A DNA stretch of 60,484 nt, filler included, from Sphacelaria rigidula (taxonomy: Eukaryota): the NCBI GenBank assembly GCA_964200075.2. It is 4 parts of 4 records of this genome, joined end to end, with 100 filler letters (N's around TTAATTAATTAA, not from the genome) between each part and the next. Parts side by side here need not be neighbours in the genome. Positions count along the whole stretch, not along the records: positions 1 to 15,052 come from CAXNAA020001932.1; 3 more parts are not named here. The stretch is one strand, 5' to 3'. The notes under the pieces are model-generated. The model was not told where the DNA came from, made no database searches, and saw nothing but the letters and a program-made list of their open reading frames with translations. The stretch's first letter is position 1, and the number at the start of each line of letters is the position of its first letter. The position numbers and the translations under genes are program-made. Positions 1 to 12,477 of the stretch are shown one piece after another.

Positions 1-35
1 TCATCTGGCGGGTGCGGGGCCTGGCGCGGGGGCGG

Positions 36-82
<47 letters not shown>

Positions 83-552
83 CCGTCAAATAGCTCAGAA
101 AGCTACAGGACACGGCAAAACGTGGTATGCCTTCGCTGCTTGGAACACCATGCACCAGAATTATACCCAGTGCGTCCACAGTACACGTGCACATGTTGGT
201 ATTTAGCTGTGTACATATTCGGTTTTGTGTTGTTTTTTGGACCAACGTACAAAAAATAAAAGATAACGTATTTTTGATTTGGGGCGCGGCGTGGCACGCG
301 GGCTCAACACCTCGAAAACACGTTCCAGAGCCTCAGCCCGACGCACATGGTGTCTGGGCAGCATGTCCGAGCATTTGTTTATTTTTCCACACGTGGCATT
401 AGTCTTACCTACGACGCGGAAAAGGAGCGCCTGTGAGGGTAGCCTTTCGTGTATACAAACGGGGAGGGTACACCCTAATCTGCTGAAAAGTTATCTTCTA
501 CCTTTTTTGTCAACGCGTGTACCCTTTAATGACGTGCATACACACGTGACAA

Positions 553-810
553 TTCGGCTAGCCTCGGGGACCCTCTAATGGATTTTCCAAGTGTCTCCCA
601 ACATGCCGCCCGTTTTAAAATCCCCACTGGAGGATCTTGGGCACTCGCAATTCTCCGAAGGGTTTTCAGCATCGGGGTCGCCCTCCAGAGGGTTTCAACT
701 TTGGGGTTTCCCTCGGGGGTTTGTGTCACTGTCAAATACTCTGGAGTGTTTCTGTAGACGCTCGTTCTGTGAAATTCACATTCTGGTTACAGTATATATG
801 GGATTTGATG
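553..810 (+). repeat. Direct repeat, second copy at ~2893-3120
   Basis: ttcggctagcctc...ttttccaa...cccaacatgccg...gagggtt in both. Confidence 0.65.
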
Positions 811-1012
811 CCAACATATGAACACACGGCCATACTATACAGCGAGGGCCGGAAACGCTTGCTTACTAGGATGCACGCTCCAGCGCTATACACACCCCGA
901 CCAGAAGCCCGTAGTCCAGATGGCACCAAAACGCGACTTGGAGTTAAGTCGGCACGAAAAGACCGTACAAATGGGACGGGCCACAGCTTTGAATACAGCA
1001 CAGCACCGTTGA

Positions 1013-1311
1013 TAAGGTAGGTACCCGGTACCGGTATTTGGAACATCTCATGCCCTACCGATCGGGTATTTTCAAATGTAATACCCACGATACCCACGAT
1101 ACCACGGTATTTCGAGATGCCAATATCTACCGTACCCGCTCGATCAGGTGTTTTCAAAACTCATGCCTACGATACCTACGATACCACGGTATTTCGAGAT
1201 TTCAATACCTACCGTACTCGCCCGATCAGGTATTTTCAAAACTCATACCTACGATACCTACGCACACCACAGTATTGGATACCACGGTAAATACCGGGGG
1301 TATACCTGGTA
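1013..1311 (+). repeat. Dispersed element with internal ~82-bp tandem units (copy 1)
   Basis: atc(g/a)ggt(a/g)ttttcaaa at 1061, 1143 and 1225; homologous to 2405-2697. Confidence 0.75.
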
Positions 1312-2008
1312 AAAACCGGACGCGATGCACTCCCCATGGTGCAGAAGCGGGTCCCAACTTACGCAAAGGCCAGAATTTGTCGGAGCAGGTACGTCTTGAT
1401 TTCACGAGTAGTATATACCCAGCTTCCCCTTGATTTTCGTGTTTAGATCAGTTCGAATGAACGAAGTATCATGTAGTCTGGAGTGCGGTCGAATTCTCTT
1501 TTTCGATCTGATAGGTCCGCCACATTTCTGTTCTTAAAAGGCTCCAACCCCAACTTGTTATTAGTAGCGCGCGGAGAAGAAGTACAAAACAGTCACCCTG
1601 AGCTGTTTCGATCAAAAACATGCGGTCGAAAGGCACGAAGCAACACTTGACTCCTATCTTACAGACCACCACGCCAGATAACACCCGTTCACACAACCAT
1701 GCTAACTCCATTCAACTCATTCTCAGCTACCACCGCAACCCTGTAGCATCCAGTTCGAGTTGAGCACAGGAATAGATATCGTCCAGTAATCGGGTATGCT
1801 TTCTTTATTTTTTGTCGGCGAAAACTTGTGCATCTTGGTTCATGGTAGGATCAGCGACGAAACTGCGGGGTACGGTGGGCAACCGAGTTGCGTACACGCT
1901 TATGGATAGTGCAGGCAATACAAAGCTGCACGTTGTTGAAGTCCTTTTCTCGTCGCATTGTAAGCAGAGAGACCTGACAGTCCTGGGCCGTCTTCACTGC
2001 ACCTTTAA

Positions 2009-2148
2009 CCCTTTGGGAACTGAAGCGCTGATTTTTGGTTTGTGAATGTTTGTGAATCGGCATCAATTTGACTTGAAAATAAATGAAAATTATGCCGATT
2101 CACAAAAACAAAAATCAGCACTCCCTGGGGGGTCTAGTTCCCAAAGCG
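2009..2148. mobile_element. piggyBac-type MITE (140 bp)
   Basis: TTAA|ccctttgggaact ... agttcccaaagcg|TTAA. Confidence 0.8.
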
Positions 2149-2404
2149 TTAAAATCCTACTGAACAAAACACGCTCACACGCACTCTATTACAGACACTG
2201 CTTGCGAGCAGTGCAGTCAGTACAGACTGTACCGTACCCGAGTGACCATGTACCGTTTCACTACTTTCTCTGTCTTTTTTTTATCGAAAGCTTGAAATCA
2301 ATTCCACCGCCCCATTTTTTCGATCGAAGAAAAAGTGCTGAGACACGCCCTGAAACGCTTCTCCGCACTGCCGGATGACACGTTTGAAAATCGGTATAGA
2401 GTGT

Positions 2405-2697
2405 TAAGGCAGGTACTCGGTACTGGTATTTGGGACATCTCATACCCCACCGATACCGACCAAATCGGGTATTTTCAAATGCAATACCTACGATACCTAC
2501 GATACCACGGTATTTCGCGATATCAGTACCTACCATACCTGCCCAATCGGGCATTTTCAAACACCATACCTACGACACCTATGATACCACGGTATTTCGA
2601 GATATCAGTACATGCCATACCTACGATACCCACGCGTACCACGATATGGGATACCCCGGTAAATACCGGAGGTACGCTCGGTACGGTACCTCACCTA
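2405..2697 (+). repeat. Copy 2 of the 82-bp-unit element
   Basis: Same units at 2464 and 2546; weak TIR taaggcaggtac / gtacctcaccta. Confidence 0.75.
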
Positions 2698-3125
2698 CGG
2701 TTCCTGTGCAATACAGTACAAGCGACTTCTAGTTTATTCGAGACAAGAGGGTCGTGTAAACGGTGGGATAACATACAGTACAGTACGGTATAGTGGATGT
2801 TTTGAACGCTTTGTAGTCTCTAGGCTCCGGGGTGATTTTCCGAGGGGTATCCAAAAGGCTGGAGCCTGCAAACAGGGAAACACACGCAGCCCTTCGGCTA
2901 GCCTCAAAAATCCTCCAGTGGGTTTTCCAAACGTGTCCCCCAACATGCCGTCCGTTTTGAAAGTCGCCAGTAGAGGATCTCAGGCATTCGCAGTCCTCTA
3001 GAGGGTTTTCAACATCGGGATCTCCCTCGAGGGTTTGTGCCCATATTCAAGTCCTCTGGATTGTTTCTGACGGCACTCGTGCTGTGCAACATCATGTACT
3101 TGTTACGGTATATTTGGAATTTGTA

Positions 3126-3246
3126 CAGCAGAGGCTGTTCGAAATAAATCCGCGTTTTGCCCAATTTCCTCGATTCCTCGGAAATTGGGCAGAACGAGGA
3201 TTTGAAATTGGGCAAAATGAGGATTTATTTTGAACAGCCTCTGCTG
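3126..3246. mobile_element. Tc1/mariner-type MITE (121 bp, TA TSD)
   Basis: TA|cagcagaggctgttcgaaataaatcc ... ggatttattttgaacagcctctgctg|TA. Confidence 0.8.
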
Positions 3247-3604
3247 TACAAGTCCCATATACTGACATGTGAGATTTCGTAACAGCGGAGCCGGGAAAAG
3301 AAGACCTTGAAAAGGCCAGAAGAAGCTGATATCTCCCCCAGCAGCTCAGCTGATGAGCAGCTACGGCATGAGCTGTGTGTTTTTGGTTTGCGGGGGCAGC
3401 GGGTCCCTCAGGTCCACCTTAGATGATGGGTTGTGTCAAGCCTTCGTACGTGCCCCCGTCATCCATGTTCCTATTCGGGCTGACAACGAAACAAAGGATG
3501 TCATTTGTGGAATCGGCATCGATTTTACTTGAAAATCGAATCGCCATGATGTTCATTTGACGACTAGAGGACACGAGAAAAATCTTGCCGCCGCTCTCCA
3601 TCAA

Positions 3605-3702
3605 CCCTTTGACAGCGAGAGTAGGTCGTCTGCTGAAACGGCATCAATTTCACTTGATTAAAGTATTCATGATCCAGATGGACTACCCTCGCGGCCAAAG
3701 GG
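3605..3702. mobile_element. Degenerate piggyBac-type MITE related to 2009-2148
   Basis: tcaa|ccctttg...caaaggg|ttca; shares internal cggcatcaattt(c/g)acttga. Confidence 0.55.
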
Positions 3703-4674
3703 TTCAAGGGTCGGACGAATTGATGATTCGTCTGGAAATTACTTGGTTTTAGTGTAATTGATTCGCACGGTATGAATCAATCCTCAGGCTTTGTTTTCAG
3801 CGTTGTAACCCAGGCACGCGCAGCTCAGGCACGTGGAAGGGCGCAAAAATTGCGTGGAGCCCTTCTTGAACAGCGATCAACGTTTTTCTCCCTTTCGAGG
3901 AATTAGGCCTGAAAAGCGCGGATTTAGTGATTCGAACCGGCGATGATGCGTCCGAACCGTGAAGGGGTTGAATGCAGTCTACCTGTTGAGGCAGGGCTTG
4001 CACGCAAATCCCATCGCCCCCACTGTACTTGCTTGGCCACTGTATCTGCACTGCTGCTGCCACTGTTACTGCTACTCCGTTACGGTATGAGTGCTAGTTT
4101 TGTTGATGATCAACCGGATGCAGCGGTTTATTATGCTCATCATTTTTTTTTTCTTAATTTCGCACAACAGCACGATCGTTCGAACCCGTGGCCACAGACA
4201 TGAGCCAGCCGTCCTTCCAACATCGTCCCTGGTATTCCCTACAAGTTCTCATCGTTTCTCCTGAGACTCGGTATACAAAAAACGAAACACAAGATAACAC
4301 CGAATAAAAACAAAAAGAGAGACGGCAAAAAAACACAAAATAAATAGCTCTCCCAAAGTTCATCGGGGCGAGGTATAACAAACCATTCAGCGGCACTTCT
4401 TTTTCGCATATGCATCGGCATCAATTCAACGGGTGCTGACCCTTTGTGTATGTGCTGGACGCGCATCTCACGCAGATCATCGTTTCTCATTGAACCCTGA
4501 ACAGGTTGTGCAAGGCCACGAACAACGTGTCAGCTTCTGAGCTGCTATGACCTTTTCCTTCAAACTATGCCATGTGCCATCACGCAGCGCATATAACCAT
4601 CACCGATGCCCTTGCATCTTGGCTGTCAATCCGTTGAGCGTGACCGCCAAAGCCACCGAAACCCTTGTTTTTTT

Positions 4675-5099
4675 TAGGGAGGGATACGTGACACACGCGA
4701 CACATTTGAAAAAAACGGGAAAAAAACGTAACTTTGGGCCATGTAACGCTACGTAAGGTTTGGTTTTTTCGACGGGACAAATGCAACGTAACGTGATGTA
4801 ACATGTGGACCTTGAAGCAGTGTCTCTTGGTGTTTTCCAGATGTAAAAAAGGGCAGCTTTTGTGGATTTTTGACGTGACACGTGACACGTGACATATTCA
4901 CGAAAACAAGCAGAGTTTTCGTTACATTTGGGAAGTAAAACGCAATGCTAGGCTTCATGCGAAGGACCACACGGTTCATCACGTTACGTTACATGTGTCC
5001 CGTCCAAAAAATTAAACCTTACGTACCGTTAAATGACCTAAATTTACGTGTTTTCGAATGTGTCGCGTTGAAACGTCACGTGTCACGTATCCCTCCCTG
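4675..5099. mobile_element. hAT-type MITE, family copy 1
   Basis: TIR agggagggatacgtgacac / gtgtcacgtatccctccct; T-rich flanks on both sides; homologous to 50802-51225. Confidence 0.75.
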
Positions 5100-5169
5100 T
5101 TTTTTTCATGAAGCCCACGAGGACTGTCGCATCGTTTCTCAGTGGGATTCACCCATGGTTGGCACACAG

Positions 5170-5450
5170 GACGCAAGTGCCCTTCATAGACTTCATGTTA
5201 TACGCACCCCGGATGTAAATTTACACCCTGGAGGATATTGCACCGCTAATTCCCCTGTAGTCGCAAAAGTGCCCAAGAAGCCATCATCGGTTGCTCTTTC
5301 AGAGGAATAGTGTATGGTTGGCCTGTAGAGGACACAAGTGCCCTCCAAAGGCTTGATGTGGAACGAACTCCGGAGTTTATTTTACACACCGGAGGGTATT
5401 GCACCTCTAGTCCCTCTGCTGTCGCAACAGTGCCCTTGAGGTCATTTCCG
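5170..5450 (+). repeat. Degenerate tandem repeat, period ~161 bp
   Basis: gac(g/a)caagtgccc...ttacac...ggag..tattgcacc...gtcgcaa.agtgccc twice. Confidence 0.6.
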
Positions 5451-6545
5451 GTGGATCCTCGTGAGGAGTATTGCCCGGCCTCAGTAAAACCACGTGCTTT
5501 AGAGCACCATGTTTTCGTTCCTCTAGATGGATTCGGACCTCATAAGTCACCGGAGGATGATGTGTCCTGTAAAGGGTTCGCGTACTGTCCATTTGAAGGG
5601 TATTCTGACCAACCAAAGGGTATTTTATCCTCCGGAGGGCAAAATGACCCTCTGGAGTAAACAAATTGCGATAAAGGGATTTCAAAGAGAGGCCAATTGG
5701 CCGCGTGTGTACCCTCGTATACCCTTCTTTGTGAAGTGGTGACTGTACCGCTGGCTCCGCAGAAGATACGCCGAACAGCCACAACCGTATCCATTTTTTT
5801 GTGAAATTACACACCGTCAAAGAGGCCGAAACTCAAGGACGTGAGAAATTGTAGCCCCCCGCTGGTTGTTCCGCAGACCCGAAGATCCGACGATGCATTC
5901 ATGGCTCGAACTCTTGTGTGCCGGAATCCACTAAGTTTCGAAGGCAAATTGAAGATCCTGCAACGGTGTCATGTTCCACACGATTACACCGCATGATGCT
6001 ACTTGGGCGTGTGTGTGTTGGCAAGATCTTTCAAACACTTTTGTTGGATCCGTGAGTTCCGGCACACAAGCGTCGTCGGATCTCGCGGGTCTGCGGGCCA
6101 ACTACCAGGGGGCTACATTTTGTCGATCGTTGGTTTCGGCCTTTTTGGCGAAATACAATTTCACATAGAATGGGTATGGTTGTGACTGTTCGGTGTATCT
6201 TCTGTGGAGCAGGGGGGTACGATGACTACTTCACAAGGGAGGGTAAATAAGGGTATACATTTGATCATCGAAGGGTACATTTTTTCAGCAGAAAGTAGGG
6301 TGTACCCTCCCGCTTTGTATACCAAAAAGGGTACTCTCAGAGGCTTTCTTTTTACTCGTCGTCGTAAAGCGTCAAGCCTAAGAATACGATACCTTGTGCG
6401 TGGGGCTGAACGCGGAGGCTCTGAAACGTGTTTCCGAGGTGTTCAGCCCGCGTGCAGCGCTGCCTCCCTAAGCGAAAAATGCGTCACACTTTTTGTTCCA
6501 ATACATGAAGGTATACCCTTTTTGTATATTGCCATTTGGGTGGGG

Positions 6546-9277
6546 AGGGTACAAGACAAACGTGGGGACAGTCCCTCATATTTCAGCCGAAACGTGGGTA
6601 CAGTTAACCGCGGAAGTTGGAGCGGTCCGTGCTAGGCCCAAACCACTCAAAGATTAATCCCCACGCGAAGGCAAGACGCCCACAGCTCAGGCAGAGCATG
6701 ATGACCAACTTTAGCGATAGAGAAGGTACCGTTCTACCGCAGAACAGCGCCGCGGGAAACAAGGGCCTTGCAGTGTACCCCGTTTTGTCTGACAATGAGG
6801 TAGTTGTACCCAGCAAATACTACTAGGCCTATCTTGAACCTCATTGTGTCTTTTGCTGTCTCACATTATGTCAAAAGTGTACCTCTTTTCGACCAATATG
6901 GGCCTTCCACAGCCCCCGTCCAACCCAGCGCACGGCACAAAAACGAGTGGACGAAGAACCTTTCCAACTCTACGTTTTTCCTCTTTCTAGGGCCGGGAGA
7001 CGCAATAGCGCACGATTTGTTTTGCATCTTTTTACGGCCTGGAGGCACAATAGCCAACGTTTCTTTTTTACTCTCTTTACCACCTGGAGATTCGAAACCT
7101 TTGCTGCGGAGTGATTTACACACCGTGCGACCGTTGACAAGCGGCACAGAAAGCTGCCAAAGATGGAACACGAAATGAACGGCACGAATTACGGAATACA
7201 ATGCCTCAATTCCTCCGTCGCTCAGTCATCGCTTTGGGCACCCAGCGCAACCAGGCCCAGACAACTTGTCCTACAGGGCGGCGGCAATGTACAAAGCAAT
7301 TGTAGTAGCAGGAGGAAAGGCACACAAAATAAGCTTGAGGTGTAGTGTATGAAGCGATTATGTACACGAAAAGACAAACGAGCAATACCAGGTGCGCGAA
7401 GTAACTGTGGGGATTTGGAGGTGATTCATCTCTAAATCTCAATAAAAATCGATTTATGTTCGTTCGAAGCTTTCTGTTTCGACATATGAACGGCCGTTCA
7501 TGTGACGTATCGATCCCACCAAAGACTAAGAGGGAACAAGGAACAAGCAAGGTGACTTGTCTGCCCAAAACGACCAACGAACACCTCGGCTCCCTCAGAG
7601 GAAACACAGTACAGAATTTGAGTAATGCCGCAATAGTTCTCCCCCCAATCAGTCCCAAAACTGTGACGAACAAAATGACCGTTCGGCGCATGATACTTGA
7701 AGCTGATTTCCAATGCATGTGAAGCACATCTCACAACGGCGACATTGGCGAAAACGATCTCAATGGTGGGAGTTAGCAGGTGGCCGGTGTGCTCAACTTT
7801 TGAAATTGATTGGGATGTGGACTATTCGCGCTCAAATCAGTCACTTTTCTGGGGGAGGTTGTCGCGGAACTATTCATTTATCGGAACAACGATGTTTCCT
7901 TCCGCACACAGTCGGAAGAGGTCTAGAAATCTCAACGGGCGTGCCGGAAACCCGAAGCCGGAACAAGCATACATGAACACCCTTAGCAGAGGCGCATCAT
8001 GTCTAGCGCTACCTCTTCCTCAGTGATACACAGTGTTGCTCGTTTCACGGCAACCGGGTCGGATTCGGAAAGTAGTCGACCGTGCGTGTGTCACAAAAGT
8101 TGCCCACGATGGAGTCCTTGGCCGTTTGAAGGTGTGTTGTACGGAGGGAGTTCGGCAGAAATCATCTTGTCTCATTTAAGGCTACAGTGTCGTACTCAGT
8201 TCGTCAATACGTGCGGGTCGTGCTATTTATTTTCTATCCTACGAAGGTGGGATCATGGTTTGGTGCGTGTCTCACAGGTGTGTGTGTGTGTATGTGACAG
8301 CACCGGTCCTGTGCCGGTGCTTCAAGTTCCCTCGGCGGCAAAAATAGCCTAAACATGTCATTGCGAATAGAGGAGAAAATCCCAAAATATTTCACGCAAT
8401 AGAGGGCCACCGCCTCAAGACAGAACGCTACCGCATTTTCCCCCAGGAGGGGTATTTAGACCAACCAATATACTCCCTCTTGGCTTTTGTTTTTTTACGT
8501 CAGAAATGCATTGTTGTCCTGTTGAGTATGCAGGGGAGTTGTGGGCGGGGAGGGGGGAGAACCGCGGGGTATTGTTGTGAACTATATATATCGAAACCAT
8601 GCTCATAAATACATCAATACGCATACCGTACGTGCGTGCCCAGAAACCTCATACTATGGTAAATGGGTAAAAAGAAGCGTTGGCTCTTGCGTCTCCAGGC
8701 CATAGAAAGAGGTGAAACGAAGCGTGGGCTTTTCCGTCTACGAGCCGTACAAAGAGGGAAAAATAAGCGTGGCCTATTGTGTCTCCAAGCCGTAGAAATA
8801 TGCCAAACAAAGCGTGGGCTCTTGCGTCTCCCAACCCTAAAAATATATGAAAAGAAGGCTTGGAGATGTCCTTCGTCCACTCGGTTTTGTGCTGTGCGCT
8901 GGGTTGGAGGGGGGCTGTGGAAGGCCCATATTGGTCAAATGGAGGTACACCTTGAACATCATGTGAGATAGCCTGGTTCACATAAGGTATAAGATAAACC
9001 TAGCAGTATTTGCTGGGTACACCTACCTCATTGTCGGACAAAACGGGGTACGCTGCAAGGCTCTTGTTTCCCGCAGAGCTGTTCCATCGCAAAACCGCGC
9101 TCTTGTTTCGCGAAAATTGGTGTACATGCTGTGCATGAGCTGTGGGTGCCTTGCCTTCGCGTGGGGATTGGTTCTTAAGAGGTTTGGGACTAACACGGAC
9201 CGCTCCGACTTCCCAGTTAACTGTACCTACGTTCTGGCTTGAACATGGGGGACTATCCCTACTTTGTCTTCTGCCCT
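6546..9277 (+). mobile_element. Non-autonomous DNA transposon with ~550-600-bp inverted arms (6546-~7100 / ~8670-9277), probably hAT-derived
   Basis: Arms match as reverse complements (e.g. cagttaaccgcggaagttggagcggtccgtg vs cacggaccgctccgacttcccagttaactg). The arms have ~43-bp subrepeats and the spacer holds a hAT-like remnant. Confidence 0.7.
7713..7940 (+). pseudogene. hAT transposase C-terminal dimerisation domain remnant
   Basis: QWWELAGGRCAQLLKL...AQISHFSGGGC, frameshift, then RNYSFIG...AHSRKRSRNL; resembles the hAT consensus WW..G...P.L.K.A..ILSQ..S.SGCERNWS.F...HSK.RNRL. Confidence 0.6.
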
Positions 9278-12258
9278 TTCATTTTATGCCCTCCTTTTGT
9301 TGTCCTTTCATTTTTTCTTGCGGGTTTCCCTCAGTGAGTGTATCCACTCACACTCTTTTGAGCCCCGGGTAAATGCGTATATCTTGTCACTGTGCCACGG
9401 TTGGATTACTGTGGTGATTACTGCGGACCAGTACATGTGAGACGATCAATTTTATCAATCAACCTGTGCCACGCCGAGCTATTCCACTGCCATACTGGAG
9501 CTACTTTGACAGACGGGCGTATGTCGTGGCTCTTGCCTTTCCTCGTCCGTCGTAGGTACTTTCCGCTGCAAGCGACGGCACGAAAGACTCTAGCTGCAAG
9601 CTCTACGGCACTTCGGGCACCTCCATGTCTGCGCCGATCGTGGCTGGGGCTGCTGCCATGGTATGATCGTATCCTGTACAGTTCGTTGTGCTGATGGGTT
9701 TTTCGTGTTCAGCTTGTACTCGTGGATATCTGACGTGTTGGTGGCTGTGGACGCTGTTGAGAGAGTAATCATATACGCTGGGTACATGTGTCGGATCTGT
9801 GCATGGATGATGACCGCGCCGTGAGGCGTACCGCACAGGGTACGCACGTCTGACTGTGTTGACGCTTATTCTACTGCTGAAGAAGATGGGAGATGGGGGA
9901 CAGCGTGATCTAACGAAAGAAAACTGAAGAAGAGGGGAAGAAGGGAAATAAAATGGAAGATATGGCGTGGAAAACAGCAAGCTAAGATATACTCGATTCC
10001 GAGAAACACCCCGAAAAATCACTGTGAAGGCTTCCGGTGAAAAAACCGTCAAAACTTGCTAGTGCCGTGGACGCAGGTTGCGGCGCAGCTATCTCGGTAC
10101 CGTACTAGTTTAGCGGGAACTCTTGACCCGCCAGCTGCGACGGCCGAGGCACTCAACGCTACGGAAATTGCCCGTAGTGAGGAAGATAAATAGTCCAGAA
10201 GAGAATGAGAGGAAGGAAGGGAAGAGGGAAGAAAGCAAGGAAGGAGAGCAGGAAATCCTGAGAAGCCGGTGGAACGGAGTGAAGATAATTACTCTCCAAC
10301 AAAGCACTGACGACCCCGGACGTGCTTCCGAAAACACATGTCTGAACTTCGCCCTTGAAGCCTTTAACACGGAGTGAGGAATGAAGCAAACGTACAATCC
10401 CTTGAAGAAAGTGCGTCCAGTTATGGCCCCCGGTGCCCCCACGAAAGCTCCCTACAATTTCGTGGTGATGTCATGCCCTCGTGAACAGTGACAAGCCCGC
10501 TGCTGTCTATATAGTATGCAGGAAATACGTGTAAAAACTTTCGCTCGATTTCTGTGTTGACGCTCAGGGCTGACATGGGCCTTAGCCTACGACCATACAT
10601 TGTCCAAAAAAGAAAAATAAACCAACAACCAAAAGCTAAACAACCACAATATGTTATCATCATACTCTACAGATATTCATTCATGTATATGTATATTATC
10701 ACATTTTTCACCTCTTTGGCCGAGTTTTCTCTGGCGGCAAGGCATTTTTTCCCCACGCTTTCTTTTGCAGCGCACTGAGAAGGCTCAGCGGTACATTGCC
10801 GTTCAGGTTTGGGCGTCATCTGATACCTGTGGCGCGTGTTCTGGCCACCGAAAGTCGCTCAAACCGGCCCACTTTGGCGGCGTGTCGATCCCGAACCACA
10901 GAAGCCTGTTGAAAATAATGCAAAACCTGAAACAGGAACCCGAACCCCAAACGCCTGTTGTAGATCATGCAAAACTTGAAACAGGATCACTTTTGGTATT
11001 CTTCCCCGTGTTTCTCTCTGTCACGTTCTCGTTCATTTGGGAGCACCAACACATCATCAGTTTGCCGCGAACGTCACGATAACATGATAGCAAAGCAGTT
11101 GAAAACAATTGAAGATTGCCTTGGCCTTAGTCACCATCGAACACAAGACCGTGCAAAATGGGCCGTTGGCGAGTTGAACATGGCACAGCAGTACGGCAGC
11201 ACAGGAGTTTTTTGCCGCAGAAAACAATATCCCTGTTGAAAGAAAAGGGCCGGCGATGTGGAAGCCACGGTGATGTACAAAGAACATGCCAGGAATATTC
11301 CACACATTCCAATTTTTCGGGAACTGCCCCCCGCTGCCATGTCTTCGTGGTACGGGAGCTACTTCGCACTCTGGCACCTCGGGTATACCACACATGTCCT
11401 ACGCCGGCGGTTCCGCCGTCGGCCTCCGTCCGAATTCCCATATTTCCGAACGACATCCGATAACACGTGCGATGTTTTGTATAGCCACGATCACTACTGT
11501 ACGTTGAGATACAACAGTAGCCTCTCTTCACCATATATTTTTCGACTTGCGTCACCCCCGGGAGGCCCCTACCAACCTCCCGAAGGGGAACCTTTTATGT
11601 ATGTACGTGTATCATTTCACATTTGTCACCACTTCTGCCATAATTCTCTCTGGCAGCAAGGCATTTCATCCCGCGCTTTCTTTGGCAGCGCACTGAGAAG
11701 GCGCGGCGGTACAGTACCGTTCAGGTTTGGGTGTCATCTGATACCTGTGGCTTGTGTTCTGGCCACCGAAAGTCGCTCAAACTGTGGCTCTTTTTCGCGG
11801 GGTGTCGATCTCGAACCACAAGAGCTCTTCCAAGATAATGAAAAACTTCAAACAGGAACCCGAGCCACAAAAACCTGCTGAAGATCATCGTTCGAACAGG
11901 ATAACTTTTGGAGTTTTTTTTCACACTGTAATTTTCTTGGCGTTCTCGTTAATTTGGGAGCACGAAGACAGCGGTTATGCAGCGAATATCACGAGAACAC
12001 GAGAGCAAAGCAGTTGAGAACAGTTGAACTTTGCCTTGGCCTCAGTCAGCAGCGAGCACAAGTAGAATGGTTTGAGATCCCTTATCATTCAGTTTTGACG
12101 ATCCCTTATTATTTTGTCTTGACGTGAAGCCTCTGACACCGTCAAATCTACGTAATGTGGGTCCCAGTAATGCGAACCCAACAGTCCTTATCGTGCTACC
12201 GAGAACAAGACCCACGGGTCCTGTCCATAGGAAACTTCTGACAACGAGGAAAGTTCTT

Positions 12259-12477
12259 CGGGTGTCGGCTAGACTGCTGTAGGAGATTTTGTTGAACTGT
12301 CTGTGTACCTTGGGAGCCACGGAGCTATGTTCACGCTCCAAGCTCAAAGCCAACGCACACGATGTCATCAATCGGGCGTCGAATAGACTGCTCGAGGAGA
12401 TTTGTTGAACTGTCCGTGTACCTTGGGAGCCACAGAGCTGTGTTTTCTCCTGAGCTCAAAGCCAACGCACACGATGC
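12259..12477 (+). repeat. Tandem duplication, ~113-bp unit x2
   Basis: tagactgct...gtgtaccttgggagccac...agctcaaagccaacgcacacgatg twice. Confidence 0.8.

Noticed and set aside
39..81. Long poly-G run (G-quadruplex candidate)
   Set aside because: It sits at a contig end where homopolymer length is unreliable; may be a sequencing artefact.
9857..10338. Possible LTR (minus strand TG...TCAACA)
   Set aside because: No second copy, TSD or PBS found; left unannotated.
12030..12055. Hammerhead-like CTGACTGAGGCCAAGGCAAA on the minus strand of the 530-bp repeat
   Set aside because: Core spacing is wrong, GAAA is absent, and it is not conserved in the other copies.
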